Positions 26,498 through 36,453 are shown, numbered from the stretch's first letter. The stretch: DNA of 64,000 nt from Vicinamibacterales bacterium (GCA_036258175.1 DATAEE010000083.1:27752-91751); one strand, 5' to 3'. Notes: generated by a model not told the origin, from the letters alone. Numbers and translations: made by a program.

Positions 26498-27331
26498 ATG
26501 GAAAGCGATCACCCGCAGCTGACCTACGCCGATTACCTCCGCGTGCCGGATCTCATCGCGCTGCAGCATCCGCAATCGTCGCCGGTCCATCACGACGAGC
26601 TGTTGTTCATCATCACGCATCAGACCTACGAGCTCTGGTTCCGGCTGATCCTCCACGAGCTCGATGCCGTCGTCGCGTGCCTAGCGACTTCCGCGTCCGT
26701 CCCTGGGTCGCGGGACGCGGTCTATGAAGCGGCCAGGCTCCTCCGGCGCTGCACGGAAATTGCCCGGGTCCTCGTCGATCAGTTCACGATTCTCGAGACG
26801 ATGCTGCCGACGCACTTTCTGGCGTTCCGCGGCAGGTTGAGGCCGGCGAGCGGTTTTCAATCGGAGCAGTTCCGCGAGATCGAGTTTCTGTGCGGGCTGA
26901 AGGACGAGAAGATGCTGCGGTACCACGAGCCGGCCTCACCGATGCGCGCCGCGCTCGAACGCCGGTTCACGGCGCCGTCGCTGCGGGACGTTTTCTTCGA
27001 GGCGCTGTCGGGCCTGGGCGTTATCCCGCCGGTGGATCCGACGGCATCCGAGGAGCAGCGTTTCGAAGCAAGGGCCCGTGGGATCCTCGCGCTCTATCGT
27101 GACGAACGGCACTACCGGGACTGGATCGATCTGTGCGAACGACTAACTGAATTCGACGAGCTGATCGTGAGCTGGCGGCTGCGCCACGTACAGCTCGTCG
27201 AGCGGACGATCGGCCTGCGAATGGGCACCGGCGGAAGCGCCGGATCTTCGTACCTGAAGATGACGATCGACAAAAAGTTCTTCCCGGAGCTGTGGGAAGC
27301 GCGGACGTGGTTGATCGAGAAGCAGCCCTAA
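26498..27331 (+). CDS. kynA: Tryptophan 2,3-dioxygenase
   Basis: LTYADYLRVPDLIALQHPQS...HDELLFIITHQTYELWFRLILHELD and GTGGSAGSSYL. Confidence 0.9.
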   Translation: MESDHPQLTYADYLRVPDLIALQHPQSSPVHHDELLFIITHQTYELWFRLILHELDAVVACLATSASVPGSRDAVYEAARLLRRCTEIARVLVDQFTILETMLPTHFLAFRGRLRPASGFQSEQFREIEFLCGLKDEKMLRYHEPASPMRAALERRFTAPSLRDVFFEALSGLGVIPPVDPTASEEQRFEARARGILALYRDERHYRDWIDLCERLTEFDELIVSWRLRHVQLVERTIGLRMGTGGSAGSSYLKMTIDKKFFPELWEARTWLIEKQP

Positions 27332-27332
27332 A

Positions 27333-27400
27333 GGGCTGCGCTACGAGGGCTGCGCTACGAGGGCTGCGCTACGAGGGCTGCGCTACGAGGGCTGCGCTAC
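27333..27400. repeat. 14-nt tandem repeat gggctgcgctacga, about 4.9 copies
   Basis: Perfect copies at 27333, 27347, 27361 and 27375, plus a partial copy at 27389. The array fills the gap between the kynA stop (27329-27331) and the convergent permease stop (27397-27399). Confidence 0.95.
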
Positions 27401-29919
27401 TCCGTCCTCAGTGCCGTCAGCGGCATGATGTGCGTCGCGCGGCGTGCCGGTAGATAGCAGGCTGCGACTGCTGCGGCCGCCAGTACCGCGGGCGCTATCG
27501 CATAGACGACTGGATCCAGCGGACTGACCTGATACAGCAGGCCGCTCAGCGCGCTTCCGGCGAGCGCGGCCAGGGGCAAGCCGACAGCCACGCCGACCGC
27601 CGTCAGCCACACACCTTCGCGTAGCACGAGCCACAGGACGCTCATCGGGCGCGCTCCCAGCGCCATTCGTATGCCGATTTCTCTCGTCCGCTGCGAGACG
27701 ACGTAGGATTTCACGCCGTAGACACCGACGACCGCGAGGAGGAGCGCGAGGGCGCCGAACGTCGTCAACAGCCGGCCGCCCATCCGGACTCCCCAGAGGC
27801 CGAGGCTCCGGTCGTGGAAGCCCTGCATCGCCGTCAGCTCCAGGACCGGCAGACGATCGTCCGCGCTCCTGAGCTCGGTTCGCAGTGCTGCGAGCGCGGC
27901 CGCTTCGGCCTGTGGACCGGCGCGTGCGACGCGCACGTGAAGGTGCATGCCGGAACGGAAGTGATTGCCGTAGGGAACGTACAGGTGTGGTGTCGGCGCC
28001 TGATCGAACAATGTCTGGCGCAGCCCCGGGGCGACGCCGACGACCTGCATCGGCTCGAAGTCGACGCCCGCCGGCTCGTCCTCGTGCCGCGTGATGCGGA
28101 TCATCTGCCCAATTGGATCCTCGTTCGGGAACAGTTGGCGCGCCAGCGGCTCGTTGATGATCGCGACGCGCGGCGCGTCCGCGGATTCCTCTTCGGCAAT
28201 GGTGAATTCGCGGCCGCGCAGCATCGTCAAACCGAGCGCCTTGAAATAGTCGGTGCCGACGATCATGTAGCTCGGCGATCGGCCCGCCACCGTCGCGGAT
28301 GCGCCCCCGATTCGCTCGACTGGCCGTCCTTCCTGGAATTCGCCAAACGGGACGATGGACGTCATCGCCGCCGCCTCGATGCCGGGGATGTTTCTGACCC
28401 GCTCGAGCACGCTGCGATACAACGCGCGAGTTCGCGCCTCACCAAACCCCACCAGAGCCGGATCCATGCTGGCGAGGAGGATGCGCTCGTACTTGAAGCC
28501 AGGGTCTGCCGCAGCGGCGTTCATCGCGCCGCGGGCGAAGAGCCCACCCGTTACGAGCAGCGCCAGTGACAATCCAATCTGACCGACCACGAGCAGATTG
28601 CGCGCACCGAACCACCCGAAGCGCCCGGCGCGTCGGGCCAGCGCATCGAGATTCTTCAGATCGGAGACCACATCGACGCGTGACAGCTTTAGAGCCGGGC
28701 CGAGCCCGAATGTCAGGGTACTGAGCACCGCAAAGGCCATGGTGACGGCGAGCACCGCGGCGTCCGGCCGGGGCGTGAATTCGAGCGACAGCGGCAGCAG
28801 CGGGACGAGCGTCGCGACGAGCAGCTTCATGGCCCAGAATGACAGGACGAGGCCGACGACACCGCCGGCGATAGCGAGCGTGAGGCTCTCGGTGAGCAGC
28901 TGCCGCACGATCCGCGTCGGGTGGCCGCCGAGCGCGAGCCGCACGGCAATCTCACGGCGCCTCGCCGTGCCGCGGGCCAGAAGCATGTTCGCGATGTTGA
29001 GGCACGCGATGAGCAGGACGACAGCCGACATGCCCATCAGAAGGCCTGTCGCCGCCGCGACCGGGCCGTCGCTCTGCGGCTGCGTGCTCGTGGACATCCG
29101 CGGCAGCGGGTTGACCGTCAGCGCCTGATCCTTGTTTTCAGCGGGGAACGCCGCAGCCATCTGGCGTGCGAGAGTGTCGAGCGCAGGCGCTGCCGATTCC
29201 ACGGTCATGCCGTCCTTCAATCGCCCCGCGAGGATGAGCGCGTGATTCATGCGGTCACCCAGCCCGGCACCTTTGTTCTTGAAGATGTCGTTCACCACGG
29301 TGTCGAAGGTCCCGAGCGGCAGCCAGAACTCCGGCGCAACCAGCGCCATCGTCCCCGTGAAGCCGCGCGGCGCTACGCCGACGACCGTGAAGTCTCGAGT
29401 GTTGATCTTCACCGTTCCGCCGATGAAGTCGGCGCTGAACCCTGCGTCGCGCCAGCGCTCGTAGTTGACGATGACGACGGGAATGTTCGCGCCCGGGCGC
29501 TCCTCCGCGGCGTTGAACTCACGCCCCGCAGCGAGCGGGACGGCGAGCGTCGCGAAGTAGTTGGACGACACCATCTCGACAAAGGAACGCCGGGTCGTAT
29601 CTCCCGCAGGGACGCCGACCATCGCGAAGGTATGGGCCATCAGACCGTCGAAGACGGTGTTCTTCTCGCGGATGTCGGCGTAGTTGGCGTACGAGAACGC
29701 CCGGTAGGAATCCGGCTTGGTGCGATCGTGACTGAAGAGGCCGACCAGTTCCCCCGCCCGGCCGGCCAGAGGCCGAAAGAGCATCGCGTTGACGAGCGTG
29801 AACATCGCGCTGTTCGCGCCAATGCCGAGCGCGAGCACCAGGACCGCCACGATTGAAAAGCCCGGGGTCCTCAAGAACGCACGAAGACCGTAGCGAAAGT
29901 CCTGGATCAGCTGTCCCAT
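27397..29919 (-). CDS. MacB/FtsX-type ABC permease, duplicated 'orphan' (ADOP) architecture
   Basis: ORF trimmed to the ATG at 29919. MGQLIQDFRYGLRAFLRTPGFSIVAVLVLALGIGANSAMF is the canonical ADOP N-terminus. Two MacB-periplasmic + FtsX halves are present. No ATPase gene is adjacent. Confidence 0.88.
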   Translation of the reverse strand: MGQLIQDFRYGLRAFLRTPGFSIVAVLVLALGIGANSAMFTLVNAMLFRPLAGRAGELVGLFSHDRTKPDSYRAFSYANYADIREKNTVFDGLMAHTFAMVGVPAGDTTRRSFVEMVSSNYFATLAVPLAAGREFNAAEERPGANIPVVIVNYERWRDAGFSADFIGGTVKINTRDFTVVGVAPRGFTGTMALVAPEFWLPLGTFDTVVNDIFKNKGAGLGDRMNHALILAGRLKDGMTVESAAPALDTLARQMAAAFPAENKDQALTVNPLPRMSTSTQPQSDGPVAAATGLLMGMSAVVLLIACLNIANMLLARGTARRREIAVRLALGGHPTRIVRQLLTESLTLAIAGGVVGLVLSFWAMKLLVATLVPLLPLSLEFTPRPDAAVLAVTMAFAVLSTLTFGLGPALKLSRVDVVSDLKNLDALARRAGRFGWFGARNLLVVGQIGLSLALLVTGGLFARGAMNAAAADPGFKYERILLASMDPALVGFGEARTRALYRSVLERVRNIPGIEAAAMTSIVPFGEFQEGRPVERIGGASATVAGRSPSYMIVGTDYFKALGLTMLRGREFTIAEEESADAPRVAIINEPLARQLFPNEDPIGQMIRITRHEDEPAGVDFEPMQVVGVAPGLRQTLFDQAPTPHLYVPYGNHFRSGMHLHVRVARAGPQAEAAALAALRTELRSADDRLPVLELTAMQGFHDRSLGLWGVRMGGRLLTTFGALALLLAVVGVYGVKSYVVSQRTREIGIRMALGARPMSVLWLVLREGVWLTAVGVAVGLPLAALAGSALSGLLYQVSPLDPVVYAIAPAVLAAAAVAACYLPARRATHIMPLTALRTE

Positions 29920-29966
29920 GACCGAACAGGACGGACGGCCGCGCCGGGAAGTTCCCAGAAACCCGG

Positions 29967-30720
29967 CTAAGCCCTCGCTTCCCGGTCGAACACCCGCGAC
30001 CAGTCCACGCGAGCCGTCGCCTGCATGAGGACGACGAGCGTCCCGATGGCTCCAATCGTCACCGTCAATCCGGTGTAGCCCTTGAAGAAGAACGCATAGC
30101 TGAAAGCACGAGGAAGACGAGCTCCGCAAAGCCGGCGCGGCGAATCGCGAAGCGGGTGCCCGCCACGATGCGAAGGTAGGTGACGACCAGGAAGATGCTC
30201 GTCGCCGATGCCAGCACGAACGACAAATGGATATTGACGTGATCGACGAGATACGCGAGAAGCAGGTGAAACGCGAAAAAGACCGCAGACAGGAACGCGT
30301 AATTCATGGGGTGAAGGATCTCATCGTTCAGGATGCCGAGGATGACCAGCACGGTCGTGAAGAACAACAGTGAGACCAGCGAAGAACGTGATGCGGGCAG
30401 CGAGCGGGCCGGGGTTGGTCTTCTCCGGAGGATCCAGCCCGATCGCCTGGCCTGGTCACCAGGCTTTCAAACCGCCATTCGAGCTTCCGCCCTGTCGTCG
30501 TCGCCCGCGCCGTCGTGGGTGACATCGTGCCGGGAGGGAAGTCCACGTCGGGAAAGTCGGTCTCCATCGTGAGAGCCAGGTCGTGGACCTGGGGCACGCC
30601 GGATTCGGTAAATGCATAAACCCACTGATCGATCGAGGCCACGGGATGAGTAACGGATCTCCAGCGGCGCTTCGCCGGCCAGGTCCCGCTCCTTCGATCG
30701 CCCGAGCCTGCGCGCGCCAT
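29967..30720 (-). pseudogene. CreD-family inner-membrane protein remnant with multiple frameshifts
   Basis: My own three-frame reading finds CreD-like blocks in three different frames. They are LALTMETDFPDVDFPPGTMSP...GRKLEWRFESL, then LHPMNYAFLSAVFFAFHLLLAYLVDHVNIHLSFVLASATSIFLVVTYLRIV (compare E. coli CreD LHPMQYLLVG...), then AFSYAFFFKGYTGLTVTIGAIGTLVVLMQATARVDW. I could not recover an N-terminal half. The upper boundary is approximate. Confidence 0.55.
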
Positions 30721-31447
30721 CGCCGCCCTCATCTCGCTGCGCCTTGGGCGCGCCGCCCGGCAAGCGGCGGATCGGGTGCTGGCCGCAGCGGCCGGCGGGG
30801 CGCTCGCCGGCGCTGCCGCCGGAGCCGTCGCCGGCGTCGCTCCCATCGGCGCGCCCTCCTCCCAGGCCGGCTCGGGGCCTGTGATCGCGCTGGCTGTCGT
30901 CGGCACAACGGCCGGCGGATTCGGCGCCCGCCGGGAACGTCCCAGCGTGCATCGCGAAGGATGGCTCTTGCGACGGCGTGCCCGGGCCGGACTCCGAACC
31001 GGGCGAGTGCTTCGGCGGTGCCCAGGGCGTGCAGCTTCGAAGCGTGGGGGGCTATGCGAGGTCGGTGCCAGCCGAGGCGGCATATACCCGTCGCCGTCAA
31101 CGATAAATCGGAAGCTCTTGTACCGTTTTTTAAGCCAATTATCCGGGCAGGAATGGTTTGTCGCCAAGCGTCCGAAAGAAGCTGAGGGACAAAACTGTCT
31201 GAAACCAGCCGTCGGTGATCGCCTGTACCTCGGAATCGGGCAGAACCGTGAAAAAAACTGGCAGGGGCCCAGGCGGCACGCGGTCGAGATCTGTGATTCC
31301 TGCGCTTATTATGGATAAGCTTCAGCGTATTCGTGAGATTCGTCGCGCGCGGCCCGTTGGCAACCCTTGACTGGCAGGCGGCCGCGAGCAGCGAGTTGAG
31401 ATCACTTTTCTTGCGAGGAAACGTGACGGCGAACCAAACTGCGATCT

Positions 31448-32425
31448 GTGGCTGATGACCCACGCAATTCAGCAGCGCGAGATCTCCCCGTGGGTGTCTC
31501 CGGCGCGCGCCGTGATGCGGCGATCCCGGCGCTGACGCATCTGCAGCGCCTCGAGGCGGAGAGCATTCACATCATCCGTGAGGTGGTTGCCGAATGCGAG
31601 CGGCCGGTAATGCTCTATTCGATCGGCAAAGACAGCTCTGTGATGCTGCATCTGGCGCTGAAGGCGTTCTACCCTGCCAAGCCTTCCTTCCCGCTTCTGC
31701 ATGTCGACACGACCTGGAAATTTCGCGAGATGATCACGTTCCGCGACGAGACCGCGAAGCGACTGGGACTCGAGCTGCTCGTCTATATCAATCAGGCCGG
31801 TGTCGAGATGGGCATCAACCCGTTCCACCACGGCTCAGCGCTTCACACCGACATCATGAAGACGCAGGCGCTCAAACAAGCGCTCGACAAGTATGGTTTC
31901 GACGCGGCGTTCGGGGGTGGCCGGCGCGACGAGGAAAAATCTCGCGCGAAGGAGCGCGTCTTCTCAATCCGTTCAGCCCATCACCGCTGGGACCCGAAGC
32001 AGCAGCGGCCGGAGCTCTGGCGTGTGTACAACGCGCGCCGTCACACAGGCGAAAGCATCCGCGTCTTCCCCCTGTCGAATTGGACGGAGTTCGATATCTG
32101 GCAGTACATCTACCTCGAGAGCATTCCCATCGTGCTCTTGTACTTGGCGCGCGAGCGGCCGGTCGTGCGTCGCGACGGCACCTGGATCCTGGTCGACGAC
32201 GATCGGATGCCGCTGGAGCCTGACGAGAGGCCGGAAATGAGGAAGGTCCGGTTCCGCACGCTGGGCTGCTATCCGTTGACTGGCGCGATTGAGAGCGACG
32301 CCGACACGCTGCCGGCAATCGTCCGCGAGATGCTGTTGACCCGTCATTCCGAACGTCAGGGACGTGTCATCGATCGCGATCAGTCCGCCTCGATGGAAAA
32401 GAAAAAGGTGGAAGGTTACTTCTGA
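31448..32425 (+). CDS. cysD: Sulfate adenylyltransferase subunit 2
   Basis: [46 protein letters not shown]...[20 protein letters not shown] is near-collinear with E. coli CysD. The start (GTG 31448) is uncertain; 31490 is an alternative. Confidence 0.93.
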   Translation: MADDPRNSAARDLPVGVSGARRDAAIPALTHLQRLEAESIHIIREVVAECERPVMLYSIGKDSSVMLHLALKAFYPAKPSFPLLHVDTTWKFREMITFRDETAKRLGLELLVYINQAGVEMGINPFHHGSALHTDIMKTQALKQALDKYGFDAAFGGGRRDEEKSRAKERVFSIRSAHHRWDPKQQRPELWRVYNARRHTGESIRVFPLSNWTEFDIWQYIYLESIPIVLLYLARERPVVRRDGTWILVDDDRMPLEPDERPEMRKVRFRTLGCYPLTGAIESDADTLPAIVREMLLTRHSERQGRVIDRDQSASMEKKKVEGYF

Positions 32426-34332
32426 TGTCGCGCGCGCTGGAGCCCGTTGGCAGCGACATCGAAGCGTACTTGCGTGCCCAGGAACGCAAGGACCTGCTCC
32501 GCTTCATCACCTGCGGCAGCGTCGATGACGGCAAGTCGACTCTCATCGGCCGGCTGTTGTACGAGTCCAAGCTCATCTTCGAAGATCAGCTGGCGGCGCT
32601 CGCTGTTGACTCGAGAAAGCTCGGCACGCGTGGCGGCGAGCTCGATTTCGCGCTGCTCGTCGATGGCTTGTCGGCCGAGCGCGAGCAGGGCATCACGATC
32701 GATGTCGCGTATCGGTTCTTCTCGACCGACAAGCGCAAGTTCATCGTTGCGGACACGCCCGGCCATGAGCAGTACACGCGCAACATGATTACCGGTGCAT
32801 CGACGGCGGATCTCGCCGTGATTCTGATTGATGCCCGCAAAGGGGTGCTCACGCAGACGCGACGCCACAGCTACCTCGTGTCGCTCCTCGGGATCCGGCG
32901 AATCGTGCTGGCTGTGAACAAGATGGATCTCGTCGACTATTCGCAGGACGTTGTCGCGCGAATTGAGTCGGATTACCGCTCGTTCGCCGGTCGTATTGAC
33001 CTCACCGACATCACCTGCATCCCCGTCTCGGCCACCTTAGGCGACAACATCGTGGCGCGCTCCGAGACGATGGTTTGGTACAAGGGCCCGACCTTGATGG
33101 AACACCTCGAGCACGTTCCGGTCGGCGACGACGTCGCGAGGAGGCCATTTCGACTGCCCGTTCAAAGCGTGAACCGGTCGAACGCCGGCTTCCGTGGGTT
33201 TGCCGGCATGATTGTCAGCGGCACCGTTGAAGTGGGCGCCTCGATCCGCGTGCTGTCCTCGGGCCGGCAGACATGCGTCGCGCGCATCCTCGTCGGGGAT
33301 CGTGACGTGGACGTCGCGGTCGCGGGGCAGTCTGTCACGGTCATGCTGTCCGACGAGCTCGACGCGAGTCGGGGCGCCGTCCTCGCCGCGTCCGACGCGC
33401 CGCCCGGTGTGGCCGACCAGTTCGAAGCCACGATTGTGTGGATGCACGACCGGCCCATGCTTCAGGGGCGGTCGTATCTAATGAAGCTGGGAACCCAAGT
33501 CGTTACCGCCACGGTGGCGCCGCTCAAGTACAAGATCAACGTCAACACGCTCGAGCACGTCGCCGCGCGTGCACTGGCTCTCAACGAGATCGGCGTCTGC
33601 GCGCTTGAAGTCAGCCAACCGATCGTCTTCGAACCATACAGTGCAAACCGGGACCTGGGCGGCTTCATTCTGATCGATCGCATCTCCAACACCACCGTCG
33701 GCGCGGGTCTGCTGCACTTCGCGCTGCGCCGGTCCGACAACGTTCATTGGCAGGCGCTTGACGTCAGCAAGTCCGCCCGGGCCGAGTTGCACGGACACAA
33801 ACCGTGCGTCGTGTGGTTCACGGGCCTTTCGGGCGCCGGCAAGTCGACCATCGCGAACCTGCTCGAGAAGCGGCTGCACGCGATGGGACGGCACACGTAC
33901 CTGCTTGACGGCGACAACGTGCGGCATGGACTGAACAAGGATCTTGGCTTTACCGACGCGGATCGCGTCGAGAACATTCGCCGTGTCGCCGAGGTCTCGC
34001 GGCTCATGGTGGATGCCGGGCTGATTGTGCTCGTTTCGTTCATCTCTCCGTTCCGCGCCGAGCGGCGCATGGCACGCGCGCTGCTGGAGAAAGGCGAGTT
34101 CTTCGAGGTGTTTGTCGATGCGCCGCTGCCGGTCGCCGAGAGCCGCGACCCGAAGGGCCTCTACAGAAAGGCACGACGCGGCGAGCTCAAGAACTTCACC
34201 GGCATCGACTCGCCATATGAAGAACCGGAGAGTCCGGAAGTGCGCCTCGATACAAGCCGTCTGACACCCGAGCGTGCGGTTGAAACCATTTTTTCCGAGC
34301 TTCGCCGCGCGGGCGTCATCGATGTTGAATAG
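32425..34332 (+). CDS. cysNC: Bifunctional sulfate adenylyltransferase subunit 1 / adenylylsulfate kinase
   Basis: The N-terminal GTPase has [16 protein letters not shown] and DTPGHEQYT. The C-terminal APS kinase has [21 protein letters not shown]-type junction with cysD. Confidence 0.92.
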   Translation: MSRALEPVGSDIEAYLRAQERKDLLRFITCGSVDDGKSTLIGRLLYESKLIFEDQLAALAVDSRKLGTRGGELDFALLVDGLSAEREQGITIDVAYRFFSTDKRKFIVADTPGHEQYTRNMITGASTADLAVILIDARKGVLTQTRRHSYLVSLLGIRRIVLAVNKMDLVDYSQDVVARIESDYRSFAGRIDLTDITCIPVSATLGDNIVARSETMVWYKGPTLMEHLEHVPVGDDVARRPFRLPVQSVNRSNAGFRGFAGMIVSGTVEVGASIRVLSSGRQTCVARILVGDRDVDVAVAGQSVTVMLSDELDASRGAVLAASDAPPGVADQFEATIVWMHDRPMLQGRSYLMKLGTQVVTATVAPLKYKINVNTLEHVAARALALNEIGVCALEVSQPIVFEPYSANRDLGGFILIDRISNTTVGAGLLHFALRRSDNVHWQALDVSKSARAELHGHKPCVVWFTGLSGAGKSTIANLLEKRLHAMGRHTYLLDGDNVRHGLNKDLGFTDADRVENIRRVAEVSRLMVDAGLIVLVSFISPFRAERRMARALLEKGEFFEVFVDAPLPVAESRDPKGLYRKARRGELKNFTGIDSPYEEPESPEVRLDTSRLTPERAVETIFSELRRAGVIDVE

Positions 34333-34373
34333 GTGTGCAGCGCTCGGGCGTACTGCACGCGGTAAAAGCTCCC

Positions 34374-35254
34374 CTACATCGGTTGGCCATCGCACCTCTC
34401 GAGGCTGCGGCCCGCGCGCTCGAGCAGATGCGAGAAATCGGCGGCGGGCAATCCGACTCGGCCGAAGAACTCCGCACGTCTGACGTCCAGGCCGTGGAAG
34501 TCGGACCCGCCCGTAACCGCGAGTCCGTGCTCGGACGCAACTGCCAGGTAACGCGATCGCGTCTGCTCGTCGTGCGCGCTGTGATAGGCCTCCACGGCCG
34601 CAAGGCCAACGGCCACGAGCTCGGGGATGAGCTCGTCTCGATTCAGCGGACCTGGATGCGCCAGCGATGCAATTCCCCCCGCCTGAACGATGGCGCAGAC
34701 AACCTCAATAGGCGACGGGCCGCGATGGGGAACATACGCAGGCTTCCCCTCGCTCAGAAACCGATCGAACGCCTCGGACACGGTTCCGACATGCCCGCAT
34801 CGGATGAGCGCCCGCGCGATCGCAGGCCGCGCGATCGAGCGGCCCGTTGCGGCGGCGCCGTCCACCAACTCACTGATGTCAATCGGCGCGCCTTCTCGAG
34901 ACAGTCGATGAACGATTTCGCACGCCCGCTCCAGACGCGCGGTCCGAAGCGCGTGCAGGAGCGCGGCGAGAGCCGAGGAGTCGCCATCGACCCAGTACCC
35001 GAGAACGTGGACATCGTGCCCGTCGCACACGGCGGTGATCTCGATGCCCGGGACGAACCCAAGTTGGAGCCGTCCCGCGTGCGCCGTCGCCTCCGACACG
35101 GCATCCATGGTGTCGTGATCGGTGACGGCGAGCACCGTGATACCCGCGTCCCGCGCCCGCGCGACGAGTTCAGCCGGCGCGCACTGGCCGTCGGAGCTGC
35201 TCGAACGGCTCGAGACCGAGCCCGGGCCGTGGTGTGCAGGTGCAGGTCGATCAT
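34374..35254 (-). pseudogene. PHP-domain phosphoesterase (TrpH/YciV-like, pAp-phosphatase type) disrupted by a frameshift near the 5' end
   Basis: ATG 35254 gives MIDLHLHTTA (HxH metal motif). The expected continuation SDGQCAPAELVARARDAGITVLAVTDHDT is in the -1 frame, after 29 extra nt (35196-35224). The intact downstream ORF (34374..35135) lacks the HxH motif. Confidence 0.7.
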
Positions 35255-35306
35255 GGTGCCAGGGCCAATGACCACAACATCAGCCTGTTGTCAGTTTCGA
35301 TGAATA

Positions 35307-36050
35307 CTATGCAAACACACTGTGGGGAAGGTGTTGGCGCTGTGTCTTGAAATCGTTGAAGGCTTGCCACATTTCTTCTGTGGTGAACTCGTCCTTGTCC
35401 TCCCCTTTATAACGAAACGGTTTACACAAAGACGCTTCGATCGGCAGTGGCTTGAGAAAATTGAGGTAGATTTCGAGAGTGCAATGCGGCCCGTACTCGA
35501 ATGGGTCTCCACCTATTTGTTTGTAAGTTTCGAACTGCTGGATATAACGCTCCTGCAGACGCGGAATTGAAATATAGGTCTCGCCTGCGAAATGCTTTTC
35601 AGAAGAAGCGATGCAGCCAGCCGGCTGTCGAAAACAAAAGATGATCCGCTCGGGCCTTCCCCACATCTGGAGGAGCCTCTCATATTCAGGGTATTCGAGC
35701 TGGCACTGTTTAAATGCTAAATCGAGGTCTCTGTGAGGCCCTCTCGCCGCATGGTCCAGAATATTGTCAGAGATATCTTTTAGAGCCCTTTCTTGGTCGA
35801 AACGAACGTAACGATAGGGTGGCGTCAATCGGAGCATATTGCCCAAACACCAATCGGAAACCTTGAACTGCGAACGTTGCGCCACCAGATCCACCATATA
35901 CGTCGTGCCTGTCCTTGCAGCGCCATAAATAAGCCACCAACGAAGCGTCCGTTTCTTTTTTGTCCGATCACGGGCTGCACGATCGCTCCAATGGGAACGC
36001 GCTTTTCTGAACCGTTCTTTTGCCCAATTCTCTAAACCAAAGTGGCTCAT
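35307..36050 (-). CDS. Sulfotransferase-family protein (low-GC gene)
   Basis: The PAPS 5'-phosphosulfate-binding-loop-like sequence is LIYGAARTGTTYMVDLV, and the 3'-phosphate-binding-like sequence is RIIFCFRQPAGCIASSEKHF. Lines I sampled are about 43-45% G+C, against more than 60% in the flanks. The start is ATG 36050 (MSHFGLENW) or GTG 36074. Confidence 0.65.
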   Translation of the reverse strand: MSHFGLENWAKERFRKARSHWSDRAARDRTKKKRTLRWWLIYGAARTGTTYMVDLVAQRSQFKVSDWCLGNMLRLTPPYRYVRFDQERALKDISDNILDHAARGPHRDLDLAFKQCQLEYPEYERLLQMWGRPERIIFCFRQPAGCIASSEKHFAGETYISIPRLQERYIQQFETYKQIGGDPFEYGPHCTLEIYLNFLKPLPIEASLCKPFRYKGEDKDEFTTEEMWQAFNDFKTQRQHLPHSVFA

Positions 36051-36075
36051 CGAAAAACCTTTCGGCGAACGCACG

Positions 36076-36453
36076 TCAGGCGCATGGACGAGCTAGAGAA
36101 GCAAGCCGTGTGCCAAACGGCAGAGCCATAACACGTGAATTCAGAGAGGTGCAGAATCTTGGCCTGTAATCGACGACCGATTCCATGAAAATCTTTGCCG
36201 TCAATCTAGAGGTCAGGCCCGAGTCGCCGATCTGCGCCCGCCCAATACCAGGCGGGATGGTGTCGTCGGTTTTGGTCCGTAAGGCCCGTCTGCGATTCCA
36301 GAATCCGACGCGGAATCCGACATTGATGTTCCTGCCCTCGAGCGGTGCCCATGCATCGACCGTCCATCGACCGTCAGCCGCCCGAGTCGTTCGAAGGAGT
36401 GGGTCCCAGTTGCTCGGCGGCGTCCCGGCGATCCTCATCCGATCCATTGGCAA
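36076..36453 (-). CDS. Uncertain 125-codon ORF (separate small gene or frameshifted tail of the upstream regulator)
   Basis: TTG start. It overlaps the 3' end of the wHTH gene by 80 nt in another frame, and its stop lies 1 nt before the sulfotransferase GTG. No motif recognised. Confidence 0.25.
   Translation of the reverse strand: MPMDRMRIAGTPPSNWDPLLRTTRAADGRWTVDAWAPLEGRNINVGFRVGFWNRRRALRTKTDDTIPPGIGRAQIGDSGLTSRLTAKIFMESVVDYRPRFCTSLNSRVMALPFGTRLASLARPCA

Noticed and set aside
27333-27400. Possible CRISPR array
   Set aside because: The 14-nt units are directly abutting with no spacers, and no cas genes are present. This is a simple tandem repeat.
31340-31447. Possible SAM-type riboswitch in the cysD leader (cccgttGGCAACCcttgac)
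   Set aside because: Only the GGCAACC hexa/heptamer resembles SAM-I/IV cores. I could not find the other conserved segments or the four-way junction or pseudoknot pairing. A cmscan run would be needed to settle it.
34374-35254. Programmed ribosomal frameshift in the PHP gene
   Set aside because: There is no slippery heptamer at the junction. The extra 29 nt look like an insertion, so a pseudogene or an assembly error is more parsimonious.
35290-36200. Mobile genetic element or genomic island with mobility genes
   Set aside because: Low GC suggests foreign origin. However, I found no integrase, transposase, tRNA target or flanking direct repeats, so I report only a compositional island.
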